Assembly (NCBI GenBank): GCA_040954595.2
Contig: CM082583.2
Coordinates: 3,915,060-3,979,059 of the forward strand
Source: Balanoglossus misakiensis
Lineage: Eukaryota > Animalia > Hemichordata
DNA length: 64,000 nt
Reading direction: 5' to 3'
The notes under the pieces: generated by a model
Told to the model about the DNA's origin: nothing
Database searches by the model: none
Seen by the model: only the letters and a program-made list of their open reading frames with translations
Part shown: positions 1 to 11,331 of the stretch, one piece after another
Position numbering within the stretch: the stretch's first letter is position 1
Layout: the number at the start of each line of letters is the position of its first letter
Translations under genes and position numbers: made by a program

Positions 1-2410
1 GAGACATTTTAAGAAACACCGTTTTATTGTATTAAATGGCGTAACAATCAGGCCAGTCATGCAAACTATTTAGTTTATTGACAATTCAGCTTTATTACCA
101 GGCAAACGTATCGATTATTCGATGCAGTGGAAATCGTGGCATTTCACACTGTCATTGTAATTATAGACGCGGTTAAATGGTTTTTGTCTCTTCTTTTATT
201 TGAACATCCACATAAAATAGTGCGACGTACTTTTTGACTCAGTTCCCGCGTTGACAAATTTGATTTACAGGTTTTTAAAACATGGCGGCGAATTCGCAGG
301 TCCCTCTACATAATGCAGACTGACCACATGTTGGCGATATGAACAGAATTTAATTTTTGTCAGAGGAATCCGATGACTTCAAGGCCATTAAGGCCTCCAG
401 AGTTATCCATCTAATCCATTCTTCTTTACCATATTCACACAAATCTTATTATAGACAATGTCCCTACAACTTCATTCAGGACCAACCATGCCAGAGAAAA
501 ACATCATCACTCTTTTCTTTGGAGTCTAACGTGAGTTCTAACATGCCATAAGTAATGTCTTAAAGATAACTTGAATTCTTTGTTCACATAACATGTAAAT
601 CTTTATGATGCAAGTGAACTTATACAAAAAAAACTGTAGTTATTAAAAATAAATGAAATATAATCATCATTGTGTGGGTTTCCATGTATCTTGTGATAGT
701 TAATGTTAGATGTCGATGTCAAATTAAATCAATGTATTTACATATTTACACATTTAACTCAATTATACTTTTAGTAATCTATTATTGTGAATTCTTGTAT
801 TTTTACAGTCACACATTTACAAAAATCTACCCCTTTTGTCGTCTGACGTAATTTTGTTTTGAAATCTTTGTAAGATAAAATATTTGCATGCAATCCTTCT
901 GTCAAAACCAACTTTGTCTGATTAATATGTATCTGAAATGATTTAAGTGGTATTGTATTATCAAACGTAGATATTTGACGACAATTGATAATGAAATTAA
1001 GATAATTATATCTTAAAATACCTATCGGACATTTATTAAATGCTGAATCAAAAGCATGTTTTGTACTGCTCAGATGTAATGAATAAAATACTACAAAAAT
1101 AAATGCGAGTCTTTAATCAATCCTTTTCTACCTTAATTAATCAGTTAAGTTTTTCAATTAATATGAAGTACAACGTGGAAGATCGTGCACGTTCACTCTA
1201 TGTATTGGATGCGATGTCGATGGACATTCTGTATGCTCTGATGTTTATCCTGTTAGGCCTTACCCTCTGGTGTTGCTGACATTAATTATTTAATCGCTAT
1301 CTCTTTCCAAGTCAAAATTTCCTCCGGCTCAGTGTGTCCTTAGAACCTTTAAATATTCCATCGCTCGGGATAAGTGTGCACGTGTCTTTCCTTTTCATCT
1401 TGTAGGCCTATTCCTCAGTTGTATAATAATCATAAACTCCGTGGGGAGTGTGATTCTTTCTTTAGGAGACGCCTTCAGTTCTCTTTGAGTTCTGACAGTT
1501 TGTAAACGCTATTTCAACGCTCCTCACCCTGTCTCTAGAGTTTGAAAAGTTAGTTTGATATTAAGTATTTATAAAAGTTTCCACTTCATGATACGGAGCC
1601 AAATAATATTATTATTTTATGATTTTTGAGCAATAAAATCGACAACTCATTGTACTAAATCGCATGTTTACTGTACATTCACGACAATTTGGTATTTAAA
1701 GTTGTACGTGTCGTTGTATTTCGAATAACAAAATACTATCACTTTTTTTTTCAATTCAACTTAACAGCTGCAAATTTGCTGTAAGATTTATAAACAGTGA
1801 TCGATTTACCTTCTGAACTTGTTAAACGTGGGGGGGGGGGATTTCATTCCTTTATGCTGTCTTAATACATTATCATTTCTGCATCTCCCCTGCCCTTTTT
1901 TCGTCGTCATTCACATGAGTGCTCTGTTTTGAAAAGTTTTAACAAAACTCAATTCACTAACAAGTTACTCTTTTCGAAACATCTGACGTCACTTCCTCGT
2001 CTTTTTGCCAGAAGTCCGTATACATGTCAGTGTATCTTTCTTTCACGGACTTCTCACGGAGTTTGTTGTGTGTGTTTTGTGAATTGGACTGTGCTGTTTT
2101 GTGACATCTTGTCTTTGCAACTGACATACAATGCAAACACCGTTTATTTGACCTAAATTTAAGCTTAAGAATCTGAATGGGTATGATCTAAATTATTTAT
2201 TACATTATTTCTATACATGTACATGTCTTTCATCAGACATTGGGGAATATTTGGGAATATGTACTTTCATGCATGTCATATTTCAATTCAACTGAAAATC
2301 TGCTATTCACAAGTTTCCTTGTTCTTGTCTCTGTGGCAACACTGGTATCGATAAAAGTGTAAGTTTCTAACTCTCTAGATCACAACGAGACTTGATCGGA
2401 AACATTGAAT

Positions 2411-5400
2411 ATGTATTCCCTGGCAAGTCTCGGCTTTATGTTGCTATATGCTGTTTATATTCCTATGTCGCAACAAGGTAAGTGTAGGGAAGACACAGGG
2501 ACTAGAACCTACCCTTAAACGATGTTTTGTTATTTTACGGTATTTCTGTGGCCTTTATCCTGTGTAATATAGACGTGTGCAGTTTAGGTAGATGTCATAT
2601 GGATTTTCTGTGCTAACATGGGATATTTTTTATATTGAAGCGATAATTTGACATTTTCTTTTTTTGATGATTTTTCATACAACATCTCAAGAAATTGCTC
2701 TTAAATTTATTGTGAATGTATACAGGCATGCATGTCTCTTAAATGCACATTACAATCATTGCACAGTTAACAATATCCGAATATTTTTTGTGGTGTTGAA
2801 ATTAATTTTGAGAATGCACTTATGTGATGGCTTTCATATTGTGTTTACCGGGTCCCACTTATATTCTTGTGACTTGCCAATATTATTGTAACCAACATAC
2901 TGTATACGGGAGCAATATTGCTAAAAATCCCTTGTCTGATTGCTTTGTGATTTGATTTTAGGGTCATCGGATTTCCCTCATTACCTTTTTGCCAAAATTG
3001 TCGTGGAAATATTAATTTTTGTACTTCTTCCTGATTTGTGGTCAAAAACTCAAAATGGCTTGCCGAAATTTTGTTTTAGGGTCCTTGGGTATTCGTACAG
3101 AGAGCAAACAAATCACTTCGTCAATCCCATGACCATAACATAAGCGAAGCAAATATATTTGCCTCAAAACGTTTGTAATAGTCTTCTCTCGGCTGACCTA
3201 AATATATGACCCTAACGATGCGTTAAGAGAGTGTTTCCTAGACTTGTCCATAAACCTCCAAAACATTACAACATTCAACGTCTCTTGAAATAATTGTACT
3301 GCTTACCAGTTGCTTTCCATCCACATTGCAAACTCTCAATATTGTGTTCCAACGTCATAGGTTTGTTTTATTCTATTTCTTTTTGTCAGAATGCGTAGTG
3401 AGACACTTCCTGAGAAATGGTGAGGCGGTTCGACTTAGTCATCCAAACTATACGTATGTTTACTTCTATGTTATGTGTACTTGGATAATGAAGAATGCCG
3501 ATGGTGGAATTATAAAGATCTGCTTCAGGGATTTCGAGTTTGAATCGCAAGGTGACTTCCTTATAGTCGGAGACGGCGATAACACTAAATCCAGTCAGAG
3601 GAACACATATATGTACAATGATAGCATCCCCGGCATCTTTGTATCGTCAGGAAATCAAGCTTGGATAGATTCGTCGTCGAGTCGAAGAAATAATGCACGA
3701 GGATTTCGTGTGACTGTAACTGCATTGGAAAGTGAGTATCAAGCGTTCCATTTCAATTATATCCCAATCCCAGGGGGATCGTGATCTCCCAAACCAAATA
3801 ATGACAGTGATGATGACGATTAGATATTAAAAAGAAAGAAAAATAAAAACATTTCGAACCCTACGTCGAATATTACCACTTCCGATGTTTGCTACATTTT
3901 GTAGGTGTATGTTCGGTGATGAAAACAAACGTTTGTGCATTATGATGCTGCCCCCTTTTAAAAGTAATGTTAAACCTAATTGAATCATTCTCCTCTACCC
4001 TAACCCTATAATCATGAATCGTTCTACCCCCACCCTAACCCTATAATCATGAATCGTTCTACCCCCACCCTAACCCTATAATCATGAATCGTTCTACCCC
4101 CACCCTGACCCTATAATCATGAATCGTTCTACCCCCACCCTGACCACAACCCCACCTGACAACAACATACAACATGGTCAACAACAACAGCGACAAAAAT
4201 CCCTATGTAAATACTACTATTAATTATGCAAATTTCAAATTAAAAATTGTCAATGATCTCCATAATGTTACGTCTACAAAGAAAACCTAAATAGGAGTCT
4301 TTTGATGAAAACAAGTCTCCTAACATATGTACCAAAGGTTTTCCTGGCTATCATTTATCTGAAAATCTGTTCCCGAGGCTTAATATGATACGTGTAGAAG
4401 ATGGTATACAAGCATGAGTGTTACAATAAAGTCACCCAATGATTTTTTGTTTCATATAAATATATGTACAAAGAAACCTACTCAATGTTGGCTTGAAGGT
4501 TACACCTACATTAAAATCTACTGGATTGAATGTCCGAAGATTTTCTGACATAAGCATAATGTCATGCGTAATTTTCTCACTTGTACAATATAAATATTCT
4601 TCATCAGTGACGTGCGTTAAAAGCCCAACATTCAGATATGCCCAGGGCACTATACTCGCTGCTATACTTTTGTACCATCATTTCTGTACATTTCTCCAAA
4701 AAACATTTTTCTACTTTGTCACAGAGATATTAAAGGGACAAGGTCTCTCTCTCACTGCCCTTGTTCCATTAATTATGTTTGATACAAGACACTGTTTATG
4801 TTAATGTACATGTGTGTATGTAGTGAATCAACATTCAACCACATACAACTTCCACCTCCCTTGTATTATATGAGAGTAAAAATATGCCCAAAATGAATAA
4901 ATGGTAGACACTGATTATTCATTTTGGCAAGTTTTTTCATTCTCACGTCTACAAGCGGGATGGTAGCAGTGTGTGATTCACTATATATCTACATGTACAT
5001 TAACATAAGTGGTGTCTTGTATCAAACATAATTAATGGAAAAAGGTCAGCAAGAGAGAGACTTTGTCCCTTTAATGATTATATTTGGTCTTGTTTGCATC
5101 GCATTTATCATGTAGGTGCTGCAATTCCTGTGGACGCATGTCCAACTACATCAGGTGTAAGTATTAAAACCAAACACGTGACAGTTGAAAGGAATTCTAA
5201 TTAAAATTGCAACAAGTGAGCTTTAGAACACGCTCCTCTGACGAGCGAATGCATGGGAGCGTTGTTCAAAGGAATATAGTTATTAACCACAATAAGTTAC
5301 CCTGCAAAGTTGAGATCAAGGCAATACATATTTGTCAATATATATCCGCGCGAAAGACGTGCGCCATGACATGGTCATTCGATGACTTAGACTTGCCCTG

Positions 5401-8400
5401 TCGTCATATATAAGCATACATGTATGTAGATTTCAGGTTAACGTATTTTTAAGGACTCTGGAAGTAAAATAAATTGGAATAAATTAGGAAATATACAGTG
5501 CACTGCAAAGGAGGGATGTTTTTACATCAGCAAAACACACGGGAGATGGTCCAATACACCATTAACAGTCCATATCAAACACACTGCACTGCATTGGTTA
5601 GATTCTGCTTTGCACACAAGGCATCTGCTGTTTAAAGAGAACGTGCATGTCACTGGCAAGAAAATCAAATTTATGTTTTAAACAGTAGGAATCCATACAG
5701 TGTCTGAATTCCCCCAAGTTCCCCCTAAAACCGACTGTGCGCACGCTAGTCTGTAATACCGTTATAAAATGCACATGGCACGGCCTAATATATAAATAAC
5801 AACTTTGAATTGGTGCGTGAGTAACCCGATGTGAAGTAACGGGCCAGCTATCGGTACATTACTGCATGTTTTCATCATTTGAGAATGGCTTGAAATTAAT
5901 GCATGTTAAAATTCACAAACTCGGACAAATATGTGTTGTGTATCTGTTCTAAAGTCAAAATGAACTACCTAATCCTTTATTGCGTCATTTCTTGACTCCG
6001 ATAGGCGCTTGGAAAGTTTAGTCAAGCATCTGACTTGATCGGGCGACTAGAAGATGCAAATCCGCCTTTAAGGGCAACCCAAGCATTGGCTAAAGGCAAG
6101 CGATTACACATTTCCGAGAAATAATAGACGATCCAGTTTGCGATGACCAGCCGTTGGAGACTTTGCAATTAACATATATTTGAACAGCACGTGTTAGTCC
6201 TTGGTCGAAGTGATGCCAGATCAATAATTAATTTATGAATAGCATTAATGTACCGTGTGGTTGTCTACCTCTTTGCTTACAGGCCAGGGAGGAAACGCTT
6301 TTTCAAATATATGCACGATATGGACTATATTTTAGAAAAGAAATTACTACTCATTCTGCTTTTCATGATAAAAGTTCAATTCTAAATCTTACAGAGATCC
6401 TGATACTTCTGGATGAAGGCATCGTGTTAATTCAGTCGCCGGTCAGTAATGAAACAAGAGACGAGTTGACCAAGTTCCTTCTAAACACAACCGATTCCCT
6501 CGCCAAGTCTGTTCTAAGCAAGGTGGAACCCGGCAGCGGGCCAGTTACCATGGATTCAGAATTCTTTCAATTGCATTTGGAAAGCGATTCTGTGGTGCAT
6601 CTTACAAACACCTCAATAATACTCCGAGGCGGTAATGGTGTGAAATTTCCACCGGCAGAGAAGATGTTCTCCAATTTAACTTCTGGAGCAATTGTTAACA
6701 GGATTGTAAGAGTCTTACCCTTGTTGTTCATCATAAATATGTTATTTCTTCCATCTTTGTTAATTACTTAATCACACTTTGTAAACACATGCCAATAAAG
6801 TTTATAATGTGTTATCGCCCATAGGTTAATGTTTTCAACAGAAGTTTGCTTCTTCCAGACTACAATGGAAGGAACACATTTTCAAGAAAATTTGTGTTGA
6901 GCTTGTCGTTCACTGACAGAGAAGGCAGAGAGTTAGAAGGTATTTATATCATCACAACGCGGTCATTTAATTGCCTTGTCTTAAAGAGGAACTTTGACCA
7001 ATTAGTTTTGTGCACGAAAGATTTCGTTTTCTATAATGATTTACATATTTTCTATTGACTCTTCCAGTGAAGGATACAAAAGAAGACATTGAAATCACGT
7101 TTGCAAGTGAAGCCCCAGAGTCAGAAACCGCCTCATTAATCGAAGCTGTGTACATTGAAGCCCGTGACGTCACATATTTTGGATTTAATGTCGAGGTAGG
7201 TGAATGGAATTAAAACTAGTTAAATTATGTGTGATGAGCTATTAATTATGTCTACTTCTTTGTGCTATCGGCGAGCCAATACCAACAGATTATAACAGAG
7301 GAAAGGAAACACGCGGGGAGTGGAGTTAAACACTTGCTCAAATAATTTATGTCCGTGTTCATATTTATCACAAAATTAATATTCATTCTATATTCTATGT
7401 CGCAGATAACATGGTTGTTACATCCAATTATCATTAAGTTTGAAAATTGCGAACCTCTGTACGGAAATACAACAGTGTACGTCTTCAATGAACTTACGGC
7501 TTACTCTGACAAATACGTTGGATACCAGTTCGCTGTTGATATGGAATTTGCAGGAGATTATTCCTCGGTGTTCATTCCAGAAAATTATTTCTTTAGAACT
7601 GGAGAGTATTATTTCACATTTACTGTTCCCCACAGTAAGTGTTCCTGTTTAATATTTACCTTTCACCTCACTTAAGTGTTGTACACACATATCGTTTAAA
7701 GCACATTTAATGCTGTATCGTCATGCATTATTTTGATTTGTTTGCAAGTTCAAACTTAACTAATTATATTGGAACCTATAGTATTATTTGTATCAGAACC
7801 TATTTATTTTAATTCACGTAGTAAGAAAGTCCGAACTTCTAGGCCAAAATGGGTCCACATTCTGGTATTAACAGTCGACGTGACCACCATGTCGAAAAGA
7901 ACACAGCTTCTTTGAGATTCATTAACTTTTTTTGTATTCTTTCGATTTTGTAGAGCAAGATATCCAGTTTGCATTCACTGTCATACTAACTACGTGTTAT
8001 TATCTGAACATCCAGACTGACAGTTGGAAGAGTGGCGGTTGCCAGGTATACACAATGGTTCCTCAAATGATAATTTTGATTTAGCAGAATCAAATTTGTT
8101 GAAACCTTACCCTAGTTTAACCACGGATACTCCAGCATAACCTTGATTTAACGTATCGTCTGGATACGACAAAACTGAAAGAGTATAGCAGGAGAAAATT
8201 GAGAACTTGGTTAATCTTTGTCATATTCGTCGCTCAGATTCAAATGGCAGATGAGGAATGTTCAGTTATGTTCGAATGTATTTGTCTGGAGATTCCTTGA
8301 TAGGCAGGATATGTTGCAATGTCCAAGGGGTTATTATCCCGATATTCTTTATATTTAGATAAACTCTTATCCATTTTACCACCATTGTTTGGTCCAAACC

Positions 8401-8827
8401 CATTGATTTCTATGGTAAAGATTGATGTCTAATATTAAAAAGGGAAATGCGTGCCTTATAGTCTACTGGCTATACCGACATATACTAGAGAGTTTCTGTG
8501 AAATATGCGCCTGTGATCATTTTGATGATAATGAAGTCAAAATGCACAATCCTGAAACACTTGCGAAATGGTTGGTAGCAATGATATCATTGCTCATAAA
8601 TATTTAAATATTTTTGCAACCGTTATCCCAATCAAATCAGTCTGAGCTTTAATTGTTTCTCGCATAGCAGAGTGGAAGTAAAGTTCTGGCTCGGGAGACT
8701 GAACCAATCCGTGCTTCTTTTAAATCTGCAGGTTTCACCATCATCAAACTTCACGTCCACTGTGTGCCTGTGTAACCACCTGACGACATTTGCATCCAGA
8801 AAGGCGACAACAATGATATTACCCTAG
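2411..8827 (+). CDS. Secreted CUB + polycystin-type GAIN/GPS domain protein, copy 1 (10 exons, 503 aa, no TM segment)
   Basis: Hand-spliced exons, all phase-compatible: 2411-2477 (MYSLASLGFMLLYAVYIPMSQQ, signal-peptide-like), 3390-3731 (CUB: C..SHPNY..CTW..I.F.DF..DFL.V.DG..RGFRV), 5116-5156, 6005-6095 (GC donor), 6395-6705, 6825-6939 (VLSLSFTDREGRELE), 7068-7195 (VKDTKEDIEITF), 7406-7634, 7954-8045 (CYYLNIQTDSWKSGGCQ), 8732-8827 (VSPSSNFTSTVCLCNHLTTFASRKATTMILP*). Total 1512 nt with no stop. The C..W...GC / C.CNHLT.FA pattern is the GPS motif of PKD1-like proteins and adhesion GPCRs. Confidence 0.85.
3997..4145. repeat. 35-bp minisatellite (CCCTAACCCTATAATCATGAATCGTTCTACCCCCA), about 4 units, intron 2 of copy 1
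   Basis: Direct tandem repeat read from the sequence; about 1.5 units in copy 2 (~12868-12915). Confidence 0.9.
4734..5070. mobile_element. ~340-bp foldback MITE with TTAA target duplication (Kolobok-like non-autonomous), family A
   Basis: TTAA|AGGGACAA...TTGTCCCT|TTAA with long internal inverted symmetry. Copy 3 has the empty site with a single TTAA (~24765). Confidence 0.85.
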
Positions 8828-10511
8828 AAAACGATTGCCAACATGCTAATCCAGGATGCATTGCGATTTCCAACATGGCGGCGAACCCACAAAGCCCTCT
8901 TCATTGAATGCAGACTGACCATATAAACAGAATTGGATTTTTATCATAGGAAACCGATGGCCAGAGTTAATCAACCATACTCAATTCCTCTTAACTATAT
9001 TCACACAAATCTTATTATAGACAATGTCCCTACAACTTCATTCAGAACCAACCATGCCAGAGAAAAACATCATCCCTCTTTTCTATGGAGTCTAACGTGA
9101 GTTCTAACATGCCATAAGTAATGTCTTAAAGATAACTTGAATTCTTTGTTTACCACAGATGTAAATCTTTATGATGCAAGTAAATGTATACAAAAGAAAA
9201 AATGTAATTACAGTGTAGTTTTTTTTTAAATTTAAATTTAAATACAATAATTATTATGTGGGTTTCCATGTATCTCGTGCTTATGAATGTTAGATGTCGA
9301 TGTCAAATTAAATCATTGTATTTACATATTTACACATTTAACTCAATTATACATTTAGTAATCTATTATTGTGAATTCTTGTATTTTTACAGTCACACAT
9401 TTACAAAAATATACCTCTTTTGTCGTCTGAAGTACTTTCGTTTTGAAATCTTTGTAAGATAAAATATTTGCATGCAATCCTTCTGTCAAAACCAACTTTG
9501 TCTGATTAATATGTGTCTGCAATGATTTAAGTGGTATTGTATTATCAAACGTAGATATTTGATGACAATTGATAACGAAATTCAGATAATTATATCTTAA
9601 AATACCTATATCGGACATTATTAAATGCTCAATCAAAAGCATGTTTTGTACTGCTCAGATGAAATGAATAATAAAAATACTACAGAAATAAATGCGAGTC
9701 TTTAATTGGTCCTTTTCAACCTTAATTAATCAGTGAAGTTTTTTTAAACATGTAGTACAACGTGGTAGATCGTGCACGTTCACTCTATGTATTGGATGCG
9801 ATGTCGATCGACATTCTGTATGCTCTGATGTTTATCCTGTTAGGCCTTACCCTCTGGTGTTGCTGACATTAATTATTTAAGCGCTATCTCTTTCAAAGTC
9901 AAATTTCCCCCGGCTATGTGTGTCGCTCGGTATAAGTGTGTCTTTCTTTTTCATCTTGCAGGCCTATTCCTCAGTTGTATAATAATCATAAACTCCGTGG
10001 GGAGTGTGATTCTTTCTTTAGGAGACGCCTTCAGTTCTCTTTGTGTTCTGACAGTTGGTAAACGCTATTTCAATGCCCCTCACCCTGTCTATAGAGTTTG
10101 AAAAGTTCAGTTTGATATTAAGTATTTATAAAAGTTTCCACTTCATGCTACGGAGCCAAATAATATAATTAGTTTATGATTTTTGAGTAATAAAATCGAC
10201 AGCTCATTGTACTAATTCGCATGTTTACTGTACATTCACGACAGTTTGGTATTTAAATTTAAAGTTGTACGTGTCATTGTATTTCAAATAACAAAATACT
10301 ATCACTTTTTCAAGTTAACTTTATAGCTGCAAATTTGCGGTACGGTATATAAACAGTGATTGATTTACCTTCTGAACTTGTTAAACGTGGGGGGGGGGGG
10401 GGGTTCATTTTTTGCGTGCAACATATGCTGTCTTTATACACTCTCATTTCTGCATCTCCCCTGCATCATTCACATGAATTCTCTGTTTTGAAAAGTTTTA
10501 ACAAAACTTAA

Positions 10512-11015
10512 AGGCACGTAAGCTGTAACTTTTGGGATAATTTTCATAATTTTTGTTTCAAACTGCACTACCATTAGTCTATGCAGATGAAGGCAGTGAA
10601 CTATACACAAGCATTATAAACCCTAAATATGAGTGCATATACAAGTTTTAACCAGATAAATAATAAAGCTTTGCTGCAAGCGATTATGGCCGCCACCGTG
10701 GGAAAATGCAAGAAACAATGAAAATGATGTATTTCAGGTTATGAAACTTCATAAACAAAACATGATCTCATCCACTTGAGCTCATGGAAGTAAATGTACA
10801 CCACTGAGACATCAGATTTTCATTTTTCATTGCAATATTGCTCTTTTTTTAAAATTGCTGGAATTTTCTTTTTTCTTTAATTTTTTGCCATTTTGTCATA
10901 AATAAATGTTGAGCTTGATATATTATCATGAAATATCATTTAATAGACATAATTAAAAGCATATATGAGATTATTTACAACTTTAATTTTTTATCCAGTT
11001 GCAGCTTACGTGCCT
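10512..11015. mobile_element. ~500-bp TTAA-targeted non-autonomous DNA transposon (Kolobok-like), family B
   Basis: TIRs AGGCACGTAAGCTG...CAGCTTACGTGCCT flanked by TTAA. The empty site AAAACTTAATTCAC is present in copy 3 (~21365). Confidence 0.9.
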
Positions 11016-11331
11016 TTAATTCACTTACTAAGGTTACTCTTTTCGAAACGTCTGACATCAACCTACATAATGATGATTGTATTTCATTTATTTTTAATAA
11101 CTACAGTTTTTCTTTTGTATAAATTCACTTTCTATACATGTACATGTCTTTCATCAGACATTGGGGAATAATTGGGAATATGTAGTTTCATGCAGGTCAT
11201 ATTTCAATTCAACTGAAAATCTGCTATTCACAAGTGTCCTTGTTCTTGTCTCTGTGGCAACACTGGTATCGATAAAAGTGTAAGTTTCTAACTCTCCAGA
11301 TCACAACGAGACTTGATAGGAAACGTTGAAT

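Noticed and set aside
3997-4145. 35-bp repeats as a CRISPR array or interstitial telomere
   Set aside because: The units are contiguous with no unique spacers, the context is a eukaryotic intron, and there is only about 1.5 CCCTAA per unit.
4432-5413. Short ORFs repeated in each unit (e.g. MKVTPTLK.., MQQVSFRT.., MPWAYLNV..)
   Set aside because: They recur only because the intron is duplicated. They are disrupted in copy 3, partly run into a MITE and have no recognisable motifs.
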